This document shows positions 1 through 13,689 of a stretch of DNA of 64,000 nt, piece by piece. The position numbers and the translations under genes were made by a program. Within the stretch, counting starts at the first letter, position 1, and the number at the start of each line of letters is the position of its first letter. The notes below the pieces were generated by a model. It was not told the origin of the DNA. It did no database searches and saw only the letters and a list, made by a program, of their open reading frames with translations. Origin of the DNA: Antedon mediterranea (Eukaryota; Animalia; Echinodermata); assembly GCF_964355755.1 (NCBI RefSeq), contig NC_092676.1:27732871-27796870 (forward strand). Direction: 5' to 3'.

Positions 1-1711
1 GAGTTTGTACTTTACTAGAGTAAATCTCATTCCATAACTGTAAATATCACTTGTTACGCATTATGTGTCTGGACACTGCAACTAGTTAGATCAACAGAGA
101 CATGACTGAGAGACTCAACCATTCTACGCAAAAGGGAGGAAATTTAATTTAAATAACGGAAAAGAAAGACAATGCTTTTAAACGTTGAGGTGATTAATTT
201 GTTTTTTTTAATAAGTCAAAGGATGAAGGATTTATCATAAAGTTAATTTTAAAAATTTAAATAAATCCATTAAAATAATTAAAAGTTAAAATGATTAAAT
301 AAAATCTAAAATAAATTAAAACTTAAATTTTATCACAAAACAATTTTGGAATAGAAAACTTGACTCACTAAAAATTAAAAAAATAATAATAGAAAATGAA
401 ATTTGAAATAAAAAATCGATTTTACACATTTTTAAATTTTGAAGTAAACACATGCATAAATTAAAGGAAGTTGACCATGATATGAAATATACTCAAGTCA
501 AGTTTCATTAAAAAATATCTGTTGGTTTTGAATTTATGATCAATCTTAGAATTTTATGAAATTGCACATAGTTACACTACTGTACATGACTGTACTTTAA
601 AAAAAACTAAGTGCACAACAACTTATATACCTATCTGTTGGCTAAGTAACAAGTTATGCCATCAGAAGAATAAAAAGAAAAAGTTTTAAAAAAATAAATA
701 GAGAGGGCGCTAGTCTATTCTACTACAAGTTGTCACAAGTCAAATACAGTACTATATTTAATGCTTAGCTTTCTTCTAAGTTTTCTTCTTAATGCATTTT
801 TACAGGCTAAACAAGTACCACAATGAATAGACCACAGAGTATCTGCATACAGTAAGAACTGTGATTCCATACCTCAGGTGCTGTCCAATCACTAATCTCA
901 ACTCATGGGTACTGTTGTAATTAAGGTTAAGCGTTATACGCGTATTGCATCATTTTGTTTATGCGTATCATAAGAACGTACGCTTATGTTGGTCGCGTGC
1001 GTTCTATTCAAACTAGTCTCAATAGTTGTTATGATAAGTCAGTTAGCGTATCTACGTCGAGTAGTAAGTACCGACTAGGCCCAATCAGTTGCTAACTCGT
1101 TGCTAACCTGTTGCTAACTAAATGTAAAGAGTTGATTGGCTCAAGGGTAAGTTAACTATTCAAAATTTAGATATACAGTATTGGTGATCATGTATAATTA
1201 ACGTATTTGTCTTTGCACATTTAGTGAATGTATAGTTATTAGAATGTTATATGTCTGTTTGTTTCAGGTTTTGAATTGTATTCCTATCGCAGCATTTACA
1301 TTAATATCTGTGATTCAGTTTATTCAAGTTAATAAAGCATTTATTATAATACAAGGCCAAGAAAACTCATTTGTTGTCACGAGTCAAGTTCTCCCACAGG
1401 TACAGTACATCATACCATGGACGTAAACATTATTTTTACCTCCATGATCATACATCACCTGTATATAGATGAAAAATAGAAAATATTTTGACAAATAATG
1501 TACATTCAAATTTTATAAAATTACTTGTAAATGTTTCTTTGCTTCACAATTCTAGTTTAAAAGTCAATACTTTTGATCATTGCTTACCTTATCTTGCTCT
1601 TGTAGTGACCATATTTGGATGCCTTTTTTATGGTATGCCATTCACCACCAGAAACTGAAGATTTCGACAGCTTGCAACCAGTTGTGTGGCCATGTTGTTT
1701 TCCAAGTACGC

Positions 1712-2095
1712 CATCCTTGACTTTAGCCATACATAATTGGTATCCTTGGTTTTTCACATTCATATGAAATGACTCCATCACCACTTTGTGTCTTGTCTTG
1801 TTTATCAAACAACAATTAACATATTGGATAGTATCGATTGTAGCAAGACAGTAAAATGACATCAAATATATAATTAATTAAAAAATGTACACAAGTTAAA
1901 TTAAATAAGTAATATTCGACACAGCTTGGGCCGAGCCGTCTCTTCGACATCCTTGACTTTAGCCATACACTATCCTTCGTTTTTTCACATTCATATGAAA
2001 TGACTCCATCACCACTTTGCGTCTTTCTATCAAACAACTAACAGATTTGATCCATTGTAGAGACAGTAATAATTAATATGGCATCTCAAAATATA
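1712..2095. repeat. Diverged direct duplication of ~150-160 bp (about 1712-1870 and 1948-2095)
   Basis: Both copies share catccttgactttagccatac...ttcacattcatatgaaatgactccatcaccactttg...tatcaaacaac...gtag..agacagtaa. Confidence 0.8.
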
Positions 2096-2379
2096 CAAAT
2101 TAGTAAGTGTCTCTCCAAAACACAGATTGAAATTAATTGTCTGAACAATAATTAAATACTAATCTAATAGTACCTTTCTGGTACTCATCGCCCAGTGGCT
2201 GATGGTGAGCTAAACTATTATCAGGAGGGGTATTTTACTACAAAATGTTCATCAATGAGCCTGCAAAAATATATATGGTTGTACTGTTTGGCCCTGAAAT
2301 TAGACACATCCAACTGCGCATAAATTAGGCTATAGAGAGAAAGGATGCTAGGTTAGCCAGAGTCGTGATACTGTCAGTG

Positions 2380-2800
2380 TCACTTAGTCTAGGCCTACCT
2401 ACTGATGATAAGTAAAGTAAGTTAGAGCATGGAGGTATAAACCTCCATGGTTAGAGAGAGGGCCTACTACTCTAGGCCGCCCTACCTAGGCCTAGGCTAG
2501 GCCTCTCTAGCTAACTATAAAACTAAAATAAAGCCTAGCTTGGAGAACTGCCAGGGAAGTATAACCCTAAAAATGTGTAGAAAGAATGTGTAACAAAATA
2601 TAAAATTAATATTTTATTAATTCGATGTATTTTCTTCATAAAAGTTTTGCCAACAACAAGATGGGAAACCGGAGAAAAAGCATGCTCAGGTGGTGAGGTC
2701 AAATGAAAATGGTTCATGTCACATGTCACGTACGTGTACGTGACCCCGCGCGAAACATGAACAGTGTAGTATGCCATGAGGAAATCAATCAACCGTAACA
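2380..2800 (-). promoter_or_regulatory. Probable promoter / first-intron region of an unannotated minus-strand transcript running off the left edge
   Basis: Local CpG cluster with an E2F-like TTTCGCGC (plus-strand gcgcgaaa near 2748-2755) and ACGT motifs; dense TAGGCCTA cluster at 2389-2505; exon-like segment 2174-2260 with ttgcag acceptor and AAG|gtac donor. Confidence 0.4.
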
Positions 2801-3959
2801 ATAAACAATATATTTGTTTTAATTATGCGTTCTTTATTACAGATTTATTGCAGATGCAGACAAACCTTATTCTTAATTATTTTTTTTTAAATTATGCCTT
2901 GAAATCACTGTATGATAAATTTAAAAAAAATTTCTATTTTCTAGCATAGCACTTTTAATGAGACATCAGTAAACCGCACTTTATAAACATGTTTATTGCT
3001 TATTAATTATGATTAATAAAAAATGGGAATAAAATTGAAATAACAATCATCCACACCGATCATCTGGGGGTCATTTGTAGAGGAATGTATATTCTGCAGC
3101 AGCATAATGGCAGTCACATTTTAGTTAGTACTGTAATAATAATGCCTACTAAGCTTATCCATGATATACTGTAGCAGGTAGTACAAGACATTAAAAACAT
3201 GACACAATAATCGTTTTTATTATAATTTTATTATAAACAATATCTATTCCACAACCGCACCTTAACACTTTTGGTTTCAATTTTTTTTTCTGTAAATTAC
3301 CAACATCTAAGAAGCAAAATAAATTCTGAAATCTAAAAAATTAAGGCAATATATTTTTTTTCTTTCTTTTTTTAATTAATTTATAATAAATCTATTAATT
3401 TTATGTGCAAATCTATATTAATGTCATTGTGTATTAATTATCTATAGGCGGCGTACTACACTTCCAACAAAATCCTTGAACGATGACCAGCTAAAACTCC
3501 TCGCTCATTTACGAGGAGTTTGAGGTCGGAGTTAAAGTACCTACATCAAATCATACCAATCAGATACATCTTATTTTTAGGTAAAGAAAATATATGATAA
3601 GAAAATCTGTGGAAAGTTTTGGCATGCTGCACTGTAATGAACATTGTTTTAGTTGTGACCTTTCTTAAATTACTACGGTATGGAGATTGTTTATCAATTG
3701 TCAACTTTCATTTACTTTGGTGATAATAAATAATGTATTATAAATGAATACATTTGTAGAACTCTTTTACAAAAAGTGAACAAATATTGCTAAGTTACAT
3801 AATAGGAATTGCTCATTAGAGGTAATTCATTTTCCGTATATTTTCCATTTACTGTGAGATAATTGGAACCAGGTATAGGTTTTAGTATATATTCATACAT
3901 TCATGGTGTAAGTAAAAAAAATAATAACTACAATTCAATAAATTCCATTTATTTTTTTC

Positions 3960-4128
3960 CTAACCATTAGGAACAGTTAACCACTAGGAACAGTTAACCA
4001 TTAGGAACAGTTAACCACTAGGAACAGTTAACCACTAGGAACAGTTAACCATTAGGAACAGTTAACCATTAGGAACAGTTAACCATTAGGAACAGTTAAC
4101 CATTAGGAACAGTTAACCACTAGGAACA
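3960..4128. repeat. 17-bp minisatellite (taacca[t/c]taggaacagt) x ~10, downstream of the SH3BGRL3-like stop codon
   Basis: Directly visible tandem units differing only at one t/c position. Confidence 0.95.
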
Positions 4129-4232
4129 TTTCACAATCAATTCCATCTTTTGTTTGAAATAAAAATTATAACTGTTGTAAATTGTTATGTCACACTACCA
4201 ACCACCCAATTATTTGTGCTTTCATGCCTCGT

Positions 4233-5490
4233 CTAAATTTTCAAAAACTCGTTGAGTGTTTCATCGTCGACGGCTAACTCAAATTGAGCATAATCCTGCA
4301 AGAAAATAAACATAGATTTAAAATTTTACATTCTGTTTGGAATTTCCATAATTGCTGACTGAATTTCTTACATGAATTAAGTGGCACAGTGTAGCTTGGC
4401 TCTAACAAGACTTAGTTTAAAGTTTGTAGAAATGTTATCAATTACTGGTTATTTCTGTAGAAGATTGCATCTCTATGTGCCGGGCCTCTATGTGCCGGGC
4501 AAATAATTTGTATGTAGATTTATACACACACTCTTTAATGTGTACTTGTCTTAGGTTTTTGCCATTTCAATGTCATTGTTACTTGCATTGAGGCTTTATA
4601 AATGCGCTATAAATTAATTCTGTAATTACATGAACTTGGTAAATAAATGTATGTGTGCATGTAAAAGGTTTCAGCGTTAGGCGCACTTTATGTTGCTACA
4701 CAGCTAGCATAATAACTCCCGAAAGATAATGGTCGTCAACATTATAAAAATACTGTAGGTAAATTGACCTAATGTTCTGGGATTTATGGTAATCTAATTT
4801 GCCTTAAGTCAAAGGTCATAATAAACTTTACTTACTCCACAATACTGGTCCCCATTGCATAACTGAGGAGGCATAGCCTTGGGATCACCAGCTACCGATC
4901 GCATTTTCTCTTTAACACTTTCACCAACAGAAATATCAATTTTCTCGTATGGAATTTTCTTTCCATCTAAAATCATTTCTATCTTTTGTTGATGTTTTTT
5001 TATCTGAAAAAAATTATTATAACAATTGTTGCTAGGCGTAGTACTAGTAGTAGTATAGTATAGTATAGTATAGTAAAATCATGGAGATATCCTCTATCGA
5101 TAGTATAACACAGTAGTACTTGGGTAGTATAGTACTGTACTTTATGCATAAATACTGTACGATCTGTAGGGTAGGCAAAGTCACCACCAACTGTGTGGTT
5201 TAATTTTTAAAGCTACCTACACAGAGTGCTTAATTATGATGGGCATTGGGTTACTTCCGGGTTTGCTTTCGCCAAAATCGAGCCTGCTAGCCTAAAGCAA
5301 ATTAACATTTTCTATTTTAGTTTTGCAGATGTGTAAACTCTTAAATCATAATTTACAAATGAACAGCAAAAAGAAGTATACGTATAAAGATAAACTACAC
5401 AACCCCTTCAATTCATTAGCATATCTATATTCTAGGCCTACTTACTTCAAGGTTACTTGAAACACTGGTAAAATAATATATTACGCCCAT
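4233..5490 (-). CDS. SH3BGRL3: SH3 domain-binding glutamic acid-rich-like protein 3 homologue (thioredoxin/glutaredoxin-like fold), 91 aa, 3 exons
   Basis: Exons 5446-5490, 4836-5003, 4233-4295, all GT-AG, giving MGVIYYFTSVSSNLE-IKKHQQKIEMILDGKKIPYEKIDISVGESVKEKMRSVAGDPKAMPPQLCNGDQYCG-DYAQFELAVDDETLNEFLKI*; matches the SH3BGR-family signature (ILDGK.I.Y..VDIS, PPQ..NGDQYCGDY, L.EFLK). Confidence 0.92.
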
Positions 5491-6752
5491 TGTGATGAAA
5501 AATAAAATACGAACTGATTTCTACAATATATAAATGCTTAAACAAGCAAGAGTACTTGTTATTTATGCAGTTGATGTGCAAGATTTTTGTTGATTATATC
5601 GGCTTGATGGAGAAGGGCGTCGTCACCGTTGTGCAGCAAGAATCCCGTTTTGTTAGGTGCAGTCGAGCACTATATAGTGCGCCCTCAAACGTTCAATATT
5701 ACTACCCTGGATAAAAACCCTGGATATCTTCAGATGCTACCGGAAACTATAAAAACAAATTATTACAACTTTAACGAATTTTGTTGACCATTATGTAAAA
5801 CTAAAAGATAAGATAAAATATTGCCTCCAGAGCCCTGCGAATAATGTGTATATGTATCTTGTTTACCTTTGATTACTATACTTGTGGAAAGCAAATGTAT
5901 GGATTCAATTTATTTACTGTATAATGAATTGAGATAATCAAGTTCATACTGGGGGCCTCTTTCGATCCATAGGATAAGTGTAGATTAGGCTATTTTTTAA
6001 TAAAACACAATAATAATATCAATAGTATATTAAGACCAATTTATTATTTGTATATAAACACTTTTTATTGGATACTACTAGACAATAGTGTACAATTCTT
6101 GTCCAAATCATAACAAGTGAGGTATAGTAGAAAAGCCTTTTTGAACTTTGAACCTTATGGAAAAGGTTTCTGCTTTTCAGAGAGTCTATTTTTTAATGTT
6201 ATTGTACTGCATTAGCCTTAAAAGAACTAAACATTTCCAACAACTACCTCATGACCTCCAACTCTTTACAGTTAAAAAGGATTTGCTTGTATGCATTCAG
6301 TTACAAGTTACAAAAAGAGGCGGGGCTTACATTATGAATATTCAGGAGTAGAGGCAGGTTTAACATACTTAATGAATATTCAGGATTAAATTAATTTAGC
6401 ACATTTGGATTCTCACAAAAACATAGAAGATAGAAATACATTAATAAATTATTTTTGTAGGTAGCATAATATCATCTCAACGTGAAAGAAATTAATGTTT
6501 GGTATCAGTTCTAGAATTCCATGTTGAGTTTTGAAAGCATTTATCCTGTTTAGTCTTATTTGTATTATTTTATCACTCAACTGGTATTACAGAGTAAGCA
6601 CATCCGATACTGTAACAAGATTTTTGCCTAGATACAGTATGATGAACGATACAGAATCTGATGTTAAATAAACACAGTCCGAGGTCAATGTATATAATAA
6701 TCACACAGTATTCATGCATATTAATATATGCAAATTAAAATAATAATCTGCT

Positions 6753-9700
6753 TCAGTTGTCAACTGTTGTTGGGTTGATTGTAACTCCTCTGCGTATTTG
6801 TCCCCATCCAATCAACCTGCAACACACAAATAAAAATAACATTTGTTTTTAAAATGTAAAATTAATTAATTGAATAATCGTTGTGTACGGTTAAAGATGT
6901 TTTCTCCCCTGAAAAAAATTTTTTTGTTTGTTGAATATGGCATTTTAATTTCACATAATAGTTATCCTAAAAATTATTTACCTGATAATTTACCTGTAAC
7001 TGCAAAAAGTCAAATTGGCTGCCAACCAATGGGTTTTTGGTTGCATTTGACCATCTATTTTGTTATTTTATATGAGAAAACATTATGATATGAGAAGGGA
7101 TTCATTTTATTAAAACTACAAAATAACCTAATCAAAGTCTGATTTCATTAATCTTCATTTTTCATGTTTATGGGGGACAATACATGTTTAAAGTATTAAT
7201 TGGTGTTTGTGTTTCTTACCTCCAGTGCTTTTCAACTCTTCTACTGAGGGCAATCTTCTCACCAATTTCTGTACACACAGGGTTAGTTAATACAATTTTA
7301 GCCAAATCGGCCCTTACAGCCAATACACGACCTCCTGTTGATAACGATCCAATATTTACCATCAATACCTCGTTCTTGGACAGTTTTTGCACCTTAAAGA
7401 AATTAAAACATTATTTAGGACAATTTAATAAAATTAAAAATTACAGTCCAAGAATGCACAAATAATATAATAAATTGAATATTAAAAGCAACTGTTTTTT
7501 AAAACTTACTTTATAGTATAATTGTACTCTTAAAATAACAATAACCATAAAATGTACGTATTTAAAGCATACTTTTACTGCATTAATTTTATGTACATGT
7601 ATAGATATAGTGCCTTTTTAACTACTTTATTGAATTTTATTGTTTTTATATTTTTACAAAAATGTATGTATAATATATATTTGTATAAGGTAGCATATAA
7701 CAGAATGAATGAATGCGAGTAAACTTACTTTTGCTCCCTTTTTATCGCCTTCAACTCGTACTCCTAACAACCTCCTTAGCAGAAAGTACGAGATTTCCAG
7801 TTCAGTATAAATATCTGGCAGAGCGCCAACTGCCCCAAGGACTTGACCGACAAGACGATCAGCTCGGCACAGGGTGGGGTCAATCTTTGTACCAACACCT
7901 GAAAATTAACAAGACAAAATTAAGTATAACTAGAATTATCGGGCAATTATCAGACTACACCTTTGTGAAAAACTACCATTCAGACATTATCATACAAAAA
8001 CAAAAAATGAGAACAACATTATTTCAATTACCAGTTTTCGTACTGTATGTAACTGACCAATTTTCTGCACACATTCACTGACACAAATAAAGTTTATAAA
8101 ATTTAAACTACCATCAATGCCAAAGTTAAACGCATTCCTGAAGAGTGCCCTCAATATATACATATGACATTACCTACCAATCAACCCCCCAGGTACGGCA
8201 TACTGCAGGTCGTTCTTCTCTGCAAACAGGGAAACAATCCGGGAGAAAATCGGTTTACATTGCAATTTTCCTTCTACATCTTTGGACACAATTCCTGGCC
8301 TCACCTCAATTTCTTGCCCTACCTAGAAAAATATGTTCACTTGAAAATAAGTTCTGTCTGATGCCAGGATTGTTATTTTTTTTGTGAAACCGCTAATGAT
8401 ATGAGACAGGAGAGTAGGACTTCGTTTATGTACAATATCTTGTTTGCATGTTCCAAAATAACATTATCGAACATTTATAAAGCACCTCAGTGTCTCACAC
8501 AGAGCAACATGAAAAGAATATTCTATTGAAATAGGTGGGTTTTCTTGAGAGATTTAAATTGAAAAGGGGATGGAGTGTAATGGATGAAACGAGGAAATTG
8601 GTTCCAGATCTCTGGTGCCTGAGCAAAGAAGCTCCTAGGCACTGATTTTAGGTTGGTTGTAGGTTCAATGAATCAACAATATGGGCAGTGATTCACAGAG
8701 GGTAGAAACAAAGTTTGTTGTTTACCTTTAGGACACCCTGCAGAATACTGCCACCTGCAACACCTCCTTGCAAATCTTGAACCTCACATCCAGGTTTATT
8801 TACATCAAATGAGCGAATAACTAAATAAGAAAAAAAAAAATTTTAGCCAAATTAAATTCTCTTAAACATTAAAATAATATGGAAAATGAGGGGCTAGGAC
8901 ATTGTAAATGGGTACCGGTTAGATCAAGACACAATTTTTCGCTGATTATTAGCTGCATTATGGGAGTATGTTTCCATACGTGTTCGATAAAAAAAAAATG
9001 GCCGGGCTAATAATGTGAAGCGCTTAGAAGCATTGTGCAATAAGCGCTATATAAAAACAAATATTATTATTATTTAAAAATATTACAATACTTAAAATTA
9101 GAGAAACTTAAATTCTTGAAATATACTTGTAACATACTTACCAATGAGTCTTGGTTTTGACGAGAAATCTCGTAATGGTACTGGAATCTTTTTTGTGATA
9201 TATTCGCAAATTACTTCAATGTTGTATTTAAGCTGTGCTGAAATAGGTATAACTGGAGCGCCCTCAGCAACTGTACCTGAAATCAAAAGGGACAACAATG
9301 TATAAGAAGTCTTGATATTGAGACACATTGTGTTTTATCTTATAAAATTAGTAGAAGAAATATTTAGTTTATAATTGGAACACAGCAACATACCTTGTAC
9401 AAATTTTAATATCTGATCATACTGCTCCGTGGCTTGACTTTCTTTTACTAAATCAATTTTATTTTGTAAAATGAGTACATGTTTAAGTTTCATAATCTCA
9501 ATTGCCGCAAGATGTTCAGATGTTTGAGGTTGAGGACAGGGTTCATTTCCAGCTACAGAAAAATTTAGTAAAAATAAAATGAAAAATATTAACACAAAAT
9601 GAACTTAATGGAAAGAGAACACTCTGCTTATTTCAGAGACTTGCAGACATACTTCCAAACTGGTCTCTAGATGGAAGCGACATTTGATCATGATGTCATG

Positions 9701-12700
9701 ACATCATAAGTTATGACATATATCATGTCATCATAAGTTATGGCATATATTATGACATCATAGGTCATGTCATCATAAGTTATGACATATCATGACATCA
9801 TAGGTTATGACATATATCATGACATCATAGGTCATGTCATCACTGTGGGTGAGTGGCCGAGCGGTTAAGACAGTGGAACCGTAATCACGTAGCCATAACA
9901 TCGGCAGGGGTTCGAGGCTCACTCACTCCATGGTTCTGGTGGTAGAACAAGTCTTCTCGGATAAGGACTATAAACCGTAGGTCCAGTGTACACAACTTGC
10001 TCGTGTGCACTTTAAAGAACCTAGTACATCTTTCGAGACGAGTAGGGGGTTACCCCGGTGTATTAGTACATCACAGCCACTGATAATAATAATAATAAAT
10101 GAAAACTTATATAGCGCCGGTATCCTCCACCCATGTGGCGCTCATGGCGCTTTGTGCATTAACAACGTGCGAGAACATCAGCGAATAGCGACGTCTTTAG
10201 GTTGGTCTTGAAACTGTTTAGACTAGTTGAGCATTTAACTGTTGCTGGTAAGCTGTTCCATACACTTGCGGCCGCAACGTAAAAAGATCTCTGACCCCAC
10301 TGATTTTTCGCTCTACGCTCTTGAAGAAGGTTTTGTGACAATGATCGTAGGCCTCTGCGGGATGATTCGTAACGATCCACAAGGTCAGATAAATAAGCAG
10401 GAGCACTGTCATTTAGGATCTTGAATACAAACAACGCAAGTTTGTACTTAATACGTTGTTGAACAGGCAACCAATGCAAATCCATCAGGACAGGAGTTAT
10501 GTGAGCGTTTGATTTTGTATAAGTTACAATTCTAGCTGCCATATTTTGCAAGCGCTGCAAACGTTGTATTTGAGATTTTGGTATGCCAAACAACAAGGCA
10601 TTACCAATGTCAATTTTAGAAGTGACAAATGAGTGTACAATCAATTCAGCTGTTTTCTTGTTAAGATTACCGCGAATACGACCAAGGTTCCTAATCGATA
10701 TGCATGCTGCTTTGGATACAGTTGTTATTTGTGCTTCCATAGTGAGATTACTATCCAGCATGATTCCCAGATTCCGGACCACCGATGAGGGAGCGATGTT
10801 AGAGTTTCCGATTCTGATATGTGTGATGTTGATTTTGGAGATGTTACATTTAGACCCGACGATAATAAACTCTGTCTTTCCATCATTCAACTTTAGGTAA
10901 TTTGTTGTCATCCAATTGCGAACATCTTCTATACAGGCTTCCATCTTACTGATTGCTGCAGCAACATCCCTTTGCACTGGATTTACTGACACATATATCT
11001 GTGTATCATCTGCATAGAAATGGAAATGTAGACTGTGTTTGCGAATAATGTCACCAAGGGGAAGCGTATAAATGGAAAACTGGCCAGGCCCAATTACTGA
11101 CCCCTGTGGTACACCATATTCCAGGCAAGCTTCATCTGAGAATGCATCATTGATACAGACTAGCTGACGTCTTCCTGTAAGATATGACTGGAACCAGTTA
11201 AGAGCAACACCATTTATGCCAATGCGATTTCTCAGACGGGTTATCAGTCTTTGGTGATCAACTGTATCAAACGCTGCTGACAAATCCAACAACACCAATA
11301 GCGTTATTTTCCCATCATTCATTCCTTGTAACAAATCATTCTGTACCTTTAAAAGGGAACTCTCCGTGCTATGACATGCACGATATGCCGACTGGTAATT
11401 CTCATTTAAATTATGCTTTTGAAGATATGGAGTAATGCGTGATGTCACTACACGCTCCAGAGTCTTTCCAAGAAAAGAAAGATTCGACACCGGGCGGTAA
11501 TTTTTCAGCGTGTTATGATCCAAGTTTTGCTTTTTTATTAAAGGACGAACGTGAGCAATTTTCAGTTCATCTGGCACTATGCCGGTATTAAGAGAATGGT
11601 TAATGATTTCCGACTGCGTCTATACACTTCTTCAGTATAGAAGTAGGAACTGGATCTAACCTGCATGATTTTGTTGGTGATTTCATCAGAATGTTGCGGA
11701 TCTCATCTTGAGATGCTGGTGTAAATGTTGTGAGATGCTGATGAACAGCTGTCACAGGCTCATTAAATGACATGTCATCAATCTTGAAGTCGTCTCTGAT
11801 GATCTTGATCTTGTCTGTGAAAAACTGACAGAACCTGTTCGCAAGATCTAAGTCAGAAAGACTATCTGGGAGAGGTGATACCTGGCGATGATGAAGGAGT
11901 TGGTTAACAATTTTGAAAAGTCCTTTCTGATCTGCTGCATGTTCTTCACACAAGCCAATGTAGTAGTTGGCCTTTGCCTTTCTTACCATGGAATTTACAT
12001 TCCTCTTCTGTGCAATGTAAGCTTGACGATCTATTTCCAGATGAGAGATTCTCCATTTCTTTTCAAGCTTACGCTTTGTTCTTTTCTCAGCATAGATGTC
12101 ACTGTTATACCAACTAGTGTTTGGTCGGACCTTTACTGTTCTCTTTTTCGGTGGTGCGTGTTTGTCAAGAAGTTCACTCAAAGTGGTGACATATAGTCGT
12201 ACTTTACTTGATAAATCAAGATTTGAGAGCGAAGTTCCGAGATCAGACTGTGTGATATCTTTACATAATGTCTCAAAATTTATAGCATTCCAATGACGAG
12301 TTTCGATGAATTTAGTGATTACGGGTGGCTTCTTGATAAGGAGATTACATGTGATTGCACAGTGATCTGATATACCATCAATGACATTAAGGTTTGAGAA
12401 AACAGGAGGATCAGATGAACGAGTGATCAGCAAGTCTAATGTATGACCATGTCGGTGTGTAGGTGTAGACACATGCTGTTGAAGACTGCTTGCTACAAGT
12501 AGATTCCGAAAATGAATTGCATCTGCATCATTTGGCATATCCACATGGATGTTAAAGTCTCCAACGAATAGTATGGGAGCCGGCTTCAATACATAGTGAT
12601 CAACCAAAGTTGAGAATTCTTCAGTGAAAACATTTAGACTGCAACCCGTTGATTTGCTTTGAGGACGATATACTGCTACGAGGAAAACTGAGGATGCATT

Positions 12701-13643
12701 GCTGACTATTTCCACATTTAGCAGTTCAAATGATTTTGGTAATAATCCCGTGTCATAACATTTAACTGCTATGCTTTCCTTGTAAAGAAGTGCAACTCCA
12801 CCACCTCTTTTAGTACCACCACGGGGAGCATGTTTGAGAGAGTATCCGTTGGGTGTAATATTTCCTATAACTGATGTGTCTTCTGGTTTAAGCCACGTTT
12901 CCGAAAGGGCAACAACATCCAGATTATGTTCGATAACGAAATCCACAAATTCTGTTGTTTTGTTCCGAACGGATCTTGTATTAATACTGCAAAATTTAAT
13001 ATTGTTTTTAGATAAGAGAGAGTTTGATGATAAGTCCAGAAATGATAGATTGTTTTTAGTGTGTTTGTCACGCCCAGCTCTTGTACCACGCCTGGTTTTT
13101 CTTTTTGGCCTCCTTGGTAATAGGTGGATACTACAGCTACTGGAGTTCAACTTAAAAGATTGTATAATTAAGCAAGATTCTTCAAGAAGTTCACAACTGT
13201 TATTGTTGTTGGTTACACAGCCCTGTAAACCATGAAGAAACTCAGAGCTATAGCTAATTAGCATGACAACAGCAGATCTTCAAGCATGAGGTGTACAAGA
13301 TCATTTACATAACAATATGCACAGTCAGATTGAAAGTACAGGGCTAGCTTCCCACTGATGCTAGTAGACCATTGTTCTTGGGCAGTGATGAGTTTGAATT
13401 AAAATAATAAAGGCACAAGCAGGGCCTAGCTGAACTTCAGGAAACAACAAGAAAAACAACTGCGATTTACTCCAAGATACGATTATTTCCACATAAGAAA
13501 TTTGTGAATATATGGTGCTCAATTTGCTATTCCAGCATCCAGTAAAACTTATTTGATGAAAAAAACCATCTGCAAACAGATACGAAGTTGTTATGCACAG
13601 AGCAATATAGAGCCGCCACATGGGCGCTGCAACATTCCTCTTC

Positions 13644-13689
<46 letters not shown>

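Noticed and set aside
3960-4128. Regular repeat array superficially like CRISPR
   Set aside because: Contiguous 17-bp units with no spacers, eukaryotic context, no cas genes
5080-5100. catggagatatcctctatc as another footprint palindrome
   Set aside because: The right end is degenerate and there is no clear 7-bp duplication, so it was not counted
7948-8000. Possible intronic C/D snoRNA on the minus strand (ATGATAA...CTGA...CTGA)
   Set aside because: Imperfect C box, only ~50 nt long, no recognisable guide or terminal stem
11577-11620. Programmed frameshift or two-ORF organisation of the L2 element
   Set aside because: No slippery sequence, and conserved residues are missing at the break, indicating an inactivating deletion
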